Source: Mytilus trossulus
Taxonomy: Eukaryota
Direction: 5' to 3'
Assembly (NCBI RefSeq): GCF_036588685.1
Contig: NC_086380.1
Location: 19,034,001 to 19,098,000 of the forward strand
Length of the DNA: 64,000 nt
Shown one piece after another: positions 39,101 to 52,800 of the stretch. The notes beneath the pieces were generated by a model. It had not been told where the DNA came from, searched no databases, and worked only from the letters and a program-made list of their open reading frames with translations. A program made the position numbers and the translations under genes. The first letter of the stretch is position 1. Every line of letters begins with the position of its first letter.

Positions 39101-42100
39101 TACCTTTGGTGGTTTTTTGACGAGCCTGCATCTTTTGTTGCAAAAAGCTCGACATAGGGATGCGGCGGCGGCGTTAGCTAACTTCTTTCAAGCTTTATAT
39201 TTTAGAAGGTAGAGGACCTGGATGCTTCATACTTTGTATATAGATGCCTCATGTTACGAAGTTTCCGTCAGTCACATGTCAAATGTCCTTGATCTCATTT
39301 TCATGGTTCAGAGACCACTTGAAAAAAAGTTCAGATTTTTTGTAATGTTGAATTCTCTCTTATTATAAGTAAAAGGATAACTATATTTGGTATGTTCGTA
39401 CCTTGCGAGGTCCTCAGGCCCGTCAGTCAGTTTTCACTTTACCTCGATGTCATTTCATGGATCAGTGAACAAGGTTAAGTTTTGGTGGTCAAGTCCATAT
39501 CTCAGATACTATAAGCAATAGGGCTAGTATATTCGGTGTATGAAAGGACTGTAAGATGTACATGTCCAACTGGCAGGTGTCATCTGACCTTGACCTCGTT
39601 TTCTTGGTTCAGTGGTTATAGTTATGTTTTTGTGTTTTGGTCTGTTTTTCTCATACTTTATGCACTAGATCTACTATATTTGTTGTATTGAATGATTGTA
39701 AGGTGTACATGTATAGCGGGCAGACGTCATCTGACCTTGACCTCATTTTCATGGTTGAGTGGTCACAGTAAATTTTTGAGTTTTGGTCTTTTTATGTAAT
39801 ACTATATCCCATAGGTCAACTATATTTGGTGTATGGAAACATTTTATTATCTATTTGTCAGTCGCGCAGGTTTTATTTGACCTCGATGTCATTTTCACGG
39901 TTCATTGCTCAGTGTTAAGTGTTTGTGTTTTGGTCTACTTTTCTTAAACTATAAGTAATAGTTCAACTATATTTGTTGTATGGAAGCATTGTTAGCTTCA
40001 CATGTCTGTCTGGCATGGTTTATATGACCTTGACCTCATTTTCATGGTTCATTGGTCTTTGTTTAGTTATCTTGGTTAATGTTAAGTTTATGTGACAGTT
40101 TTTAATAATGCTTTATACTTATGACTTTCAAAATAACATCAATGACTAGTAAAGAAGGCGAGATATTTCAGCGTGTGCACTCTTGTTTTTCAATTAACGA
40201 GATTTCAACTACGGTTTCCTTCCAAAACAGTCATTGATTATTTCAATTTCAATTTCAACAACATGTAATTACAAAATAAGATAAGAAACAAACACTGGTC
40301 AGTCCGTAATTCAAATCGGATAGATCTTACATAAGTTTACTAGTTATTTGACTACGATATATACCGAATTCAGAGTCACAACAAGATTGCCAAAATCTTG
40401 ATTTACATCACAAAATAACAAAAAAAAAACAACAACCGTCATAAAAACAAAAATTACCGCAAAACAATACCCATTAATCTCCTTTTCAAAATCACTTCCT
40501 CTGCTATTCTAAGACTGTTTCATTTCATATTCCTTAAAATTTTCCTACTGACATGTCTCAAATATCCGCGAAAACAGTTGGTTAATTACGTTGGTTTTCT
40601 CGTTTGAATGGTTTTACACTAGTAATTTTGGGGCCCTTTATAGCTTGTTGTTCTGTGTGAGCCAAGGCTCTGTGTTGGAGGCCATACATTATCCTATAAT
40701 GGTTTACTTTTTTTAAATTGTTATTTGGAGGGAGAGTTGTCTCATTGGCACTCACATCACATCTTCCTATATCTAATAACTGGTATTCCCATTCTTTAGT
40801 TGTCTTTAGCTAATCCTCTGACTTTTTTATTTACAAATTTAGAACATCAGGAAGCTTGAAAAACATATTACTGCAAGTTTTCAATAAGATCTTAGTTAGC
40901 AGGTGTATGATTGATACATAATTTTATATCCAACTCACATAACAATATAGCTACCATCATTATTTCAAAATCATCTTTGCAATCACCGCTCACATCATGG
41001 GGCACGCGATATGAGAATTCTGAAAATGTTAAATGCAAAAATTTATCATCATCTTAATCTTAAATCAAACAAATTTATATGCTCTTGTGATTTCTTATCT
41101 GCGTACACTTCGGAAGTACCTCAAATCAGTGCCATTTTTGGTAGGGTTTGTGTGGCTCAATCTAAAGTGTTTTGTTTACTATGTTTGGCTGTCTATCCTC
41201 TTTTTTTACTTTTTTAGTCAGTTTGTTCTGAACTGATGAGTTTAAATGTCCATCTGGTATCTTTCGCCTCTCTTTTTTATTAGAAAGATAGATCGATATG
41301 TAGTCGATACTCAATCGCGAGTAAATTAAAACAATCTCCAAAATTGACAAAATTATCTTCCAAAAGTGTCCATACCATTGTCAGGGTATGCGATTGACAG
41401 AAATGAATAGGTCTTTAGATTACCTGGCCGTCTCGTAACACATGTATGTTTTAAACTGGCTTTGTGATAATTGATTGACATATTTTCTCTTGAACCTGAA
41501 GCCCCTTATAGCATCCAATTTTTATTTCTTATTTATGAGCACTAATTCTGAATTTTGTTAACAATATTTGTTTCCATGTTGTTGCTTACTCTAAATCAAC
41601 AGTTTATATTCTGAGTTAAACGGGTTGAGATAATGCGGGTGCTTCAGATAGCAAGGAGTTATTAGGTTTATGTATAGGTATTGCAACTTAAACAGTCTGA
41701 CTATTACTTCTAAAAATAAGGGATATCACCCAGAATCTGCCATAACAGCTATATGTGTTACCCTATTATTTACATCCAAAGAGAATTTACAAAATTTTAA
41801 ATGTTGTTCATCTGCAGTTATTTCCTGTCATAACTTATTATTTAAGTATTTATCCCCTCCGGCTGCAAGTTTTTCAAAACACCTCACACCTCACTACCAA
41901 ATAACAAGACTGGCTTAACAGAATGATAAAAATTATAAATTAATATCAGGAAGATTTTTTTTTAATTTGAATGGTTCTTTTAAACATCGGTTATACAAAT
42001 CTTGTTTAGCATTTGTAAAACTGCCATTTATACTTGAATACTAGTTCTAAATATTTATATTGTTTTGCTCTCTCAATAGGAATATCACATTTAAACAAAG

Positions 42101-45100
42101 TATCATTTAACCTACATGTTTTATTGAAAACAGGCGATTTATTTTTTTAACATTTAGTTCTAAACCTTACTTGTTACAATAGCTAAAGAGCATTTCTTAA
42201 CACATCTGTAACCCCGTAGCAGTTTCTGATAGTAAAACAACATCATATGCATGCAAGAGACAATTTAAATCTTTTGTATGAGTTTTACTGGTTTATTATT
42301 AACAATATTTTGGAGGTCATTTATAAATAATTTAAACATATAAGGGCATAAAAGAGGGACGAAAGATACCATTGGGATACTCAAACTCATAAATTGAAAA
42401 CAAACCGACAACGCCATGGCTGAAAAATGATAAACACAAACAGACAAACAATAGTACACATGCCACAACAGATAAAACTAAAGAATAAGTAAACACAAAC
42501 CCCACCAAAAACTGTTGGTGATCGCAGGTGCTCCGGAAGGGTAAGAAGATCCTGCTCCACATGTGGCACCCGTCGTGTTGCTCATGTTATAATACATCCG
42601 ATAAAAAGTCTAATTTGGTAGGTCACATTCATGAAAGGGAAGGGGGTTGAAGTTACGACGTAAGGAACATGTCCGAAATTATCTGTGAAACCGTTATTCC
42701 ATAAAGGTCAACCAACTCGTGATGGCGTGTGTAAAATTTACGAAGTGATTATTTCAACTGCACCATTTGGAACTCTTGGTTTAATAGCTTCCTTGTGAGC
42801 AGCAACTCTCTATCAAGAAAATCAGTATAGAAATAGAACCAGGGGAATATCGTAACAATTTGGAATATATATACTCCGTATGCATGTTCTGTTGGAATGT
42901 TGCACTCAAATCAATGAATGTGTTTGTAGATTTTTTTGTGTTCTGTTAAATTGTCCCTTTTAAAATTGTTATACGATGATGACTGATGTAGCCATATATT
43001 GACTGTTATATTTATTGTGTCTGTTTATTGAACCTATCATTGTAAATATAACGGAATTTGATGACCCTGTCATTAAAGTGAGAGGGTTAGCGCTATAGAA
43101 CCAGGTTTAATCCACCATTTTCTACATTGGAAAATGCCAGTACCAAGTCAGGAATATGACAGTTCTTGTTCATTCGTTTTTGATGCGTTTTGTTATTTGA
43201 TTTTGCCATGTGATTATGGACTTTCCGAATTGATTTTCCTCGAAGTTCAGTATTTTTGTGATTTTACTGTTTGCTACTTAGAAATCGATAGATCACAACT
43301 GAAAACCTGAAAACATATTTTGTGTCGTTAGGTTTTGTTTTCAACCGACCCTTATTGCCAATATCTAGATGTAAGTCACGATATGAGGCCGACTTAACTG
43401 TATCTGTCGTATTCTTTATATCTAGTTCGATTTGATAGATGATTTCAAAATCGTCACCAAAATTTGATTTATTAGGGAGAGAACATCATCTTTATAGTGA
43501 AAAGTAAAGTTAAAGAATATTGCCAAGTTCTTATCTTTCTTCCTTAAAAATTTCTGCATGAAGTCAGCTTCAAAATAATAAAGTCAAAATAATAAAGAAA
43601 CAAGTCGATAAGAAGAGGGGCACAATTGGTTTCCATTGGAAAGCCGACAGTCTGTTGAAAAACACGTATTCCGAACGTCAATTAAGAAATCAAGCATCTT
43701 GATATTGTCAGATTTAGATATTTTATGTTTTGAATCAGAGTGATCCTTTACAAAGTAGGATTTATCCCTCCCTAAGACAAAATACTTAAATCTATTGCAA
43801 TATTAAAGAGAGTTAGATTGTATGTAGTCTAAAAGATATTTGACTTTTTTTTAGTACCCACATCTGATTCACGCCACCTCTACAATCAAGGTTTCGTGCA
43901 GAACTTGGTAGACCGTTATGTGTAAGGACACTTATGTAGTTAAGGTATCCAATACAAGGATGGAAGATCCAGTTCTTCATCTTTGGTTGAAATCTAAAGG
44001 AACATAGAACAGACCTATAGTTATCAAAAGTACCAGGATTATAATTTTATACGCCAGACGCGCGTTTCGTCTACATAAGACTCATCAGTGACGCTCAGAT
44101 CAAAACAGTTAAAAAGCCAAATAAATACAAAGTTGAAGAGCATTGAGGATCCAAAATTCCAAAAAGTTGTGCCAAATACGGCTAAGGTAATCTACTCCTG
44201 GGGTAAGAAAATCCTTAGTATTTCGAAAAATTCTAAGTTTTGTAAACAGAAAATTTATAAAAATGACCATATAATTGATATTCATGTCAACACCGAAGTG
44301 CTGACTACTGGGCTGGTGATACCCTCGGGGACGAAACGTCCACCAACAGTGGCATCGACCCAGTGGTGTAATTATCCGGAATTTACTCTTTGGTAAGTGT
44401 CGTAAGGGTTTATGTTGAGTTTCAAAGTGATTTGTCAATACCTAATTCGTTTATCGAGTAGTTATTAAATGGGTTTTACACACAAAACCATGCTGTTTGG
44501 GGCTTTATCTGCGGGAACAACATATTTGTCATGGAGGCAGGATAAGTGTTTTGCGATATTTTGGTTTATAAAGATTGACGTAGCATGGGCATTGATGGAC
44601 CCATTCAGTTTCTTAATTCTGATTTGTAGGGGAAGTGTTATTGACAACGATGAGGTCACCGGTAAAAAACGTGTCCAGCCGGATTATGTGTGAATTGGGA
44701 ACTAGAACAAGTGCAATCAGGAGGTTTAGTCTGAAGTCGTCAATATTAATATCCTGTAAAACGTGTTTGTAATTGAAAAGTTTAGTTGCAATAGGTTTGG
44801 TATAGGTATAAGAAATGATTGGTACAGACTGGTCTTTGAAATGAGGAGGTATTTTCGATTTATGAATTTATGATGAAGGACTTTGCCCAAGTTGACGCCA
44901 TTGAGACCTTTTTGGGGCAATGGAAAGATTAAGAAAAGATCGTTTCTCTTTTTTATCTTTTTTCAATGCAAACTGGTTTGAAAAGTCGGTGACTTACAAT
45001 ATCCAAAATAATAGCTGTACGTTTGTATTAGTTTGAATGAAGGTTTGTAACAGTGGTTTCAAAACATTACTTGAACAGAGTATGAAGTTTTGAAATGGAT

Positions 45101-48100
45101 ACAAAATACTGTTTCGTGCGAATGTGATGAATTTTTCGCATTATTTTAAAATCTACATTCTTGTCTTTACTACAGGGCGATAAGTAAAATACCCGCAGGA
45201 AAAACTTCCTTTGTGTGTTTTCGAATATATAAATATTCTTTGGGCGGACCCTTCAATCAATCGGATTCAGTAACCTACAATGTATTCCGAATAACAAAAC
45301 GAAAACATAGCATATATTTTCACTTATGGATCACGCTATTTCATGGAGCGATAAATAGATTTGAACAGTTATGTCAATTAATAATATTTCAAGAAAATAT
45401 CAAATGACCAAAAAAAACGAGTAAGTATACCAATAAGGGTTTTTAAAAATTTGGACGAATCCTAAATTTTGAAGTCACATTTTCACTTGTATTGTACATG
45501 TTGTAGTCTGTTGTTTGTTTACAAAATATTTGACAATCACTGGCATTTTATAGTATGCTATATTTTCACCTCTTGGGATTGTGTTTGTTGCAATTGTATA
45601 TTGTGTTATGTGTCATCGTCTGTATTTCGATGCATATCATATTTATAGTCTTATTTGACTTGATTTCCTTTTTCTGTGGATAGTCATTATTATTATTTGG
45701 ACTAGTCTTGTGAAAATAGTTTTGAATGTTTGGATCTAGTTCCAAATATGAGTTTAAATTTCAAGATTATATTTTCGTCAAAAAAACCGTCAGTGTTTGT
45801 GGTGTCCTGTGCTTTCGTTATTTAGAGATGTCTGATATCATTCTGTGATTTACATGTTGTAATGTACTTTTATATTATTTATTTATTAATACATATCGGT
45901 CTGTTATGTAGTGTTGTATTGTGTGGTATTGTATTGGTTGCAATTGGTAGTGTATTCCTGACAAGAGAGAATTTCGGCTAGCTAAAATGTCCTATACTAT
46001 GAAACCAATATGACAGTTGTTTGTTTTGTTTTGTTGCAGTTCAGTGTTTCTATTGTTCCGTTGTTTTCCTTGTATAGTCGATGTGATTTTTTTCATTTTA
46101 ATTTTGTTACCCGGATTTGTTTTTTTCTCTAAAAGAGGCTGCGAGACATATAAAATTCTGAAAAAATGAGTCGCTTTTAACAGTCAGTATCGTTCAAGTT
46201 AGTCATATTACGCTAAGGAACATTGATTATGAATTATTCCCTTGTAAGTGAATAATTTGACAACATTGAATCCGTATTCGTGTGAACTTCAGTAAGCTAG
46301 ATATGGATAACTCATGCATAATTATTTGTCATTGCAGCTAAGAAAAGAGCACTTAAGATACTATTTAAAAAAACGCATGAATTGTGCGTGTTCGGTTTAT
46401 TAAAGGGAAAGAATGTCAGCATTGATAGTAACCAACGGTAAATCAGTCAATTGACTGATTTGACCTAGAAAAAAATCATTCTTATACAGGTAAAACGATG
46501 ATTAACATACATATTTAATCTTTAATATAAAATTTAACAAACCAAGAAAAATCCAATTTCATGATTTTGATTTTGATCTATATCAATATGCATGTTTATA
46601 TCTCTTATATGACCACCTGTGCAACACCAAGATAGAAGCTACTAATGGGACTTTTAGGGAATTCCGTTAGAGGATTACCTTACAAAGGCAAATAAAAAAT
46701 ATTAACATAATGCATCAGTGCATGGAAAAGGTTTGAGATACACGAATTCAAGCTGTGTGTCACCATAAATACTTCAACCCCGTTCAAAAAAAATTGTCAT
46801 TGCTAAGTGTATCCCTCCGTTCTTAGAGCACACGTACCCCACAAAGAAGGAACTTGACTCGCACATTTCAAAAAAAGAAACACTACAAACTAACACCACT
46901 GAAAATGTTTTAATCATCAGTGTTTCATGTTGTCCTCTTCTTCTCTGAGTTATTTACTCAGTTCTAGCAGAATAAGTGAAACAGCGAGACAGAAGCTAGT
47001 AATTGGACATTCAAACTTCTATGGAAGAAAAACAGACAAACTAATAAAAACAAAATGCATCAGTGCAAATAAACAGTGCATATATACGGTTTAAGAAACA
47101 CGACCCAAGATATGTATCACCGTAATCATTTGAAGTAGCCTTTAACCCCCTCTCGTACAATATAAACATATTAATTACATGTTGAGTATTTACCTGAAAT
47201 CATAAAATAGTTCACGTCTGTGGAAAGTGCTTTGCCTCTGTCATACATATTTTGGATGATGAACATATCATCTGGATTTATCGGACACAAAAGTCCGTGT
47301 AAATTACCGCTGCTTTTTGTAATAAAACCCATTCCTAGTCCAACTTTTGGGTAATACTTCATAAATGGCATTGAAAATTGTAGTACAACTGAGGAGTAGA
47401 GATGGTAATCTATTTTACGTAAGATAAAGTTTTTTAATTTCAAGAAGTCGAATTCTTGAATTTCCTGTGAACTCCACAGCTTTGAAATTAATGATAGATC
47501 CCTCTGTTCTTTGAGTGCACCGAGTGCACCGATACTAAAACGCGTTTGCCATGGATACAATCTTTGAGAAACAAGGGAAGAGATTCCAGTGGCGCTGTGA
47601 CCAACCATGTGGGAATTTTTTGTGAGCGAATATTGCTCATCTAATTCAAAATACATTTGAAGGCTGTTGATTATCCCGTTGAATATATCCAGTACCATAT
47701 ACCCTGAAATAAACAGTAACCATATTTAAACGTTAATAAAATGTGTATCACAATTGTGTGTGTATGTGTGTGTGTATGTGTGTTGGTGCGTTGGTGTGTT
47801 TGTGTGAGTGTGGTGGGATTGATTTTGACAACAATAAGATAAGTTCGAAAATATGACTCGATTAAATTTAAACAACGTTTTTCTAACAAAGTTTGGGTAT
47901 GGATAAATAAAATAAGAAAGACGGAATTTCAGTATGAAAATATATATATATATATAAAGAAACTAATTAATAACAGTGAATATGTATAATCAGGGATTAT
48001 GTAGAATCCCTAACATTTTCAGGGATTATGTATAAATTTGGATATTATCGACTATTTAACATTTGCCCTGCTTTTTTACAGGCATATCTATCAAATTCAC

Positions 48101-49769
48101 ATCTGTTTTTACCACAATACCAACATTTAAATGTCAGTATTCACCGCAGAAACTGATACATGTTCAGGGATTATGTATAAATTTGGATATTATCGACTAA
48201 AACATTTGCCCTGCCTTTTTACAGGCATATCTATCAAATTCACATCTGTTTTTACCACAATACCAACATTTAAATGTCAGTATTCACCGCAGAAACTAAC
48301 GAAAACTTTAAAAAGACTTATTCAAAAGGGATACAGTTACGATACTGTTGTCAAGTCATAAAAGATTGCATATTTTGGCGTTAATATTAATTCACTTATA
48401 GGGTCTTTGCATCGGAACTAAACACATTTATTCAAAAAACAGTTGTTGGCATGACACGGGTTATGTTCTTCTCATATATGTAATGATGGTATGATACTAA
48501 ACCCCTAACGGAAAGGATTGTGCCTGATATTCATACGATGAAATCATAAGCTTTCAATCATTTTGAGTATGGAGCTGGCATGTCAGTTAACTGCTTGTAG
48601 TCTGTTGTTATTTATGTATGATTGTCATTTTGTTTATTTTCTTTGGTTACATCTTTTGACATAAGACTCGGACTTATCTTGATTTGAATTTTAAATGTAC
48701 GTATTGTTATGCGTTCACTTTTTTTCATCATTGGCTAGAGGTATAGGGGATGGTTGAGATCTCATAAACATTTTTAACCCCGCCGCAATTTTGCGCCTTT
48801 CCCAAGCTAGGAGCATCTGGTCTTTGTTAGTCTTGTATTATTTTAATCTTAGTTTCTTGTGTACAATTTGGAAAATAGTATGGCGTTCATTATCAATGAA
48901 CTAGTATATATTTGTTTAGGGGCACGCCTCCGGGTGCGGGAATTTCTCGTTACACTGAAACCCTGTTGGTGACCTTCTGTCTGTTCCTGTGCCGAGCATA
49001 TTTTTTAGTGACATAATGAGGTTCAACACGTGAATAAAATATAAAGGGAAAAACTCATCACTTAAGATCCACACAGTAGATCAGGAATGAAAACTGTTAA
49101 CTTCAAGGAATAAAAAAAAGCTTTTAATTATTGATTATCCATGTAATCATGTTTAAATTGGTAGAATGGTAATTAAAATTTTCAGTGAATATATATATTT
49201 AGGTAATCTTTATAATCAATAATGATTTTACTGATTCTACATAATCCCTGAAAAATTAGAGATTCTGCAGAATCCCTGATTACACAAATTCACTGTAACA
49301 TATATACGTATTTCAAACCAGACATCCCATCCTCTTTCACACGCATTTTTTATTCATCGTGACCCGAACTTTAGAAACTATCCTGGTAAACTTATCAATC
49401 CTTTTGTTAAACTTAATCTAAAGGTTTACTATTTCAAAATTGTATTTTATATATGAACTGTTTATTTTATTGGTCTTAATATTGATATTGCTATATAACG
49501 TAATGGTACTCAAATTGCAACGAGTACCCAAATTGCACCTATTTAGCAAAAAAAGCGACGGAAATCTTTCCTAGAGACTAAACAAATTGTATTTTTATGA
49601 TCCGATATTATGCACGTCTATCAACATAGGTAGATATATTTAGATATACACAAAACGTTTACAGTATTTATCAACAGATGAAGTGTTTACTGAAAAAGCA
49701 AAATGAACTGAAACGTCGCCATCCGACGTCATCAAAACGTCATCTTTAAACAATTAGCAAATACAATAT

Positions 49770-49804
<35 letters not shown>

Positions 49805-52800
49805 AAATATGTTGTCAAGAATCCATTTCTAAAAAAAAGAAGAATAAGCATAGACAAATATCCAATTGTTCAAAATATTTGAAAAAAATAAACAAAAGCT
49901 CAGTTATTCGACTTTTGACGATGCTATTTGGGTACTCCTCATTACAGAATCATTGATGATTTGGAGGTTGGTTCAGACCAATGTTTCTATGATTCTATAG
50001 GAATTGAAAAACAAAACGGTGTACCTATATAATAAAGAATGATACGGCTACAAAATAAACACAAAATGGAAATGTTTGTATTGATCATAAAAAAAACGTA
50101 TTTGAATAAACTGTCAAAACAGGTGCAATTTGGGTACCGTCACATACCGTTACATATACACATTTATGCATCTATAATCTGTCGCTGATTGTATCTTGAC
50201 ATTGCACTAGGTCATGTTTTCTCGGACTTTTTATGACGTCTGTACACTAAATCAATTGGGTGTTTAACGTAGTCTGATTGATAACTGAGTCTGAGATACT
50301 TGATTTTTATTTAGTTGTTATTTGCTTTGAAATACTTGTCAGTAACTGCGATTACTTTCAGATCTGTACTTAGTTTCTTCTTTTTTTGTTGTACCAAACC
50401 ACGTCCACGCTGTGTTTTTGTATGTTGTTTTTCTTTTTGTATACAAGTCTAAATAAGTATGTTTCAAGGTTGATAGCTTTATTTTGTGATGAATGCCGAC
50501 AAAGTTTGGATGTAAAATGCCTGATCATGAAATATGTCTGCATGTTGATTTTGTTTACGAATGATTTCCTTTTGACGATGATAAAATGTAGTCAATGTTT
50601 TGACAAAGGCGTGATATCGACACCACCGGTGTATTTTTTATTTATTTTTTTAATTATGTCTTTCCACCTTTCCTCGGAAAAACGTATTGATTTTGTTCTG
50701 GTTATTATTTTTTGTCTTCCGCCTAATTATTTTCTTGCGTAGTTTTGTTGCTTCAAAAGGTGTCGCTTAGATATTTGGAATATGATATAGTATAGTTTAT
50801 ACGCTTTTAAAACTGACAACCGCGTAACCAAATACTTTACGTTGTTAGAGTAATCTCCCCAAACACTGTTTTTCTTGTGCCTACTACTCCTTCCAAACCG
50901 TAAAAAATTGCGACAAATTCATTTTACCTAATTGATCCTTACATCTTCAGGATAAGGATTTTTATTTTGACCGAAGCTATACAGAGACTCCATATGAGAG
51001 TTATGCCCCTTTTGTATTTGATGTAAGTGATATGCGTTTTTAACTGGTAAACAATAAGTGACATACGTCAGGGTCTTTGAATTTGGGGTCATTGGTCCAA
51101 AAAATGAAAAATAGGTCAAGGTCAAAGGTCAAGGTTATATTTTTAATTTTTGATTTTTGCTGATTTTCACTTTTTATTAAAACCAGTATAACATATCGAC
51201 AAATTATGTTTACTAAATTGTTAGTGGCGACATGTTGTAACACTCAAATTTTGATTGCGAAGTAAATGGTTGTTATCCCCCCTTTTATGTTTAAAATAAC
51301 TCATTATCCATACATATTACAGACCTAAGGTCTTTTTTTAGGTACTCGGTTTATGACCTTGAAATTGAGGTCAAGGTTATAAGCAAATTCGACTTTCTAG
51401 ATATTGTCCCTTGCTCTAAATTCATCTTTATACATCATAAAGGAATTGCATGACATTTAAATTGAATTTCAATGATATATTGTAAATGGTGGAAAGACCT
51501 GTAATTGTTCTATGAAAAATTCGTTTTTAATTAGGTCTTTCCACTTTTCTGTGGAAAGACCTATTGTTTTTCTTCTGATTATTTTTTTTTTTTTTTTTTT
51601 CTTCCGCCTAATTTTGTTCTTGCGATAAACATTTGTTTCGCAATATGTCGCTTAGATATTTTTTATATGATATCGAACAGTTTATGCGCTTTTGAAATTT
51701 ACCCTGCGTAAACGAATACTATTCTTTGTAGGAGTTATCTCCCAAAACACTGTTTTCTTTGTTAGCGCATCTCCTTCGCAACCGTAAAAGATTATGACAA
51801 ATTTATTTTACAAAATTGCTCGTTATATCCTTCGCATGATTTGTCCTATTTTGACCGAAGCGATATGACCGCTCCATATGAGAGTTATTTCCCCTTATGC
51901 ATCTGATATAAGTGATATGAATTTCTATCTTATAAATCATAAGTGAAAGAGACCTAGGATCTTTTGATTTGAGGTCCTTGGTCCCAAAAAATGAAAATTA
52001 GGTCAAGGTCAAAGGTCAAGGTCATATTCTGATATTTGAATTTGGCTTATTTTCACTTATATCCAAAGACTGTATAAGATATCAACAAATTATTTTTACT
52101 AAATTGTTAGTTGCGACATGTCGTAAGATGTAAATTTTGATTGCAAGCGTACGTTGAATGTAAAAGGGAGTTTTCTCCCCTCTTGTATGTAAAAATACGC
52201 GTTTGGTGATATAACTCATTAACTAAATATAATTAAGACCTATGGTCTTTTGATTTGAGGTCCTTGGTTTATGACCTTGAAAATGATCTCAAGGTCATAG
52301 CTTAATTTGACGTTCTAGATTTTGACCTTTGCTTTTACTCTATATGTATACATGATAAAGATATACAACTTTTAAAAAAAGGTATCAAACCATTTAACCT
52401 TGTAAAAAACAACCGGAAGTGACCTTTTGTAAACCGGAAGTAGCTATTTTTTTGTACTTTATTAATATAAAAGTATATAGAACCAAATATTTTTGGAATC
52501 AGTGTCAAGTAAATATTCAAATATAATCGGAAGTAACATTTTTCAAACCGGAAGTAACAAATTATCTCCCTTATTTAAAAAAAATGTATGGAAACAATAT
52601 ATTTTTGGAATCAGTTTACTAGGAGCTATCATTTGACGATTGAAATGACATTTTAAACTTAGTTTCACAACTTTTCATATCAAAATACATTGTTTTGATG
52701 GAAAGACCTTCAATTGTTCTCTGAACAATTGGTTTTTAATTATAAAGAGATTTGTTCCGTTGAAATCAAAAACGCTGTAACAAATCTAACATACACGAGC

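Larger units (their letters stand above)
42350..44900 (-). mobile_element. Longer Penelope-like family A copy (RT core, probably Naiad/Chlamys-type), interrupted at ~42903-43270 and 44018-44370
   Basis: G.PM.TNCAPLL.DLFL, F.F.Y.DDVLSL, LHDKYVVPADKAPN and the thumb motifs; many stops and frameshifts. Confidence 0.8.

Noticed and set aside
40325-40400. Alternative first exon creating an ATG when spliced to 38895
   Set aside because: That frame hits stops in the next micro-exons; it could only be a non-coding leader and has no support.
47585-47610. GHSATG as an alpha/beta-hydrolase nucleophile elbow
   Set aside because: Does not fit G-x-S-x-G spacing, and no other hydrolase motifs were seen.
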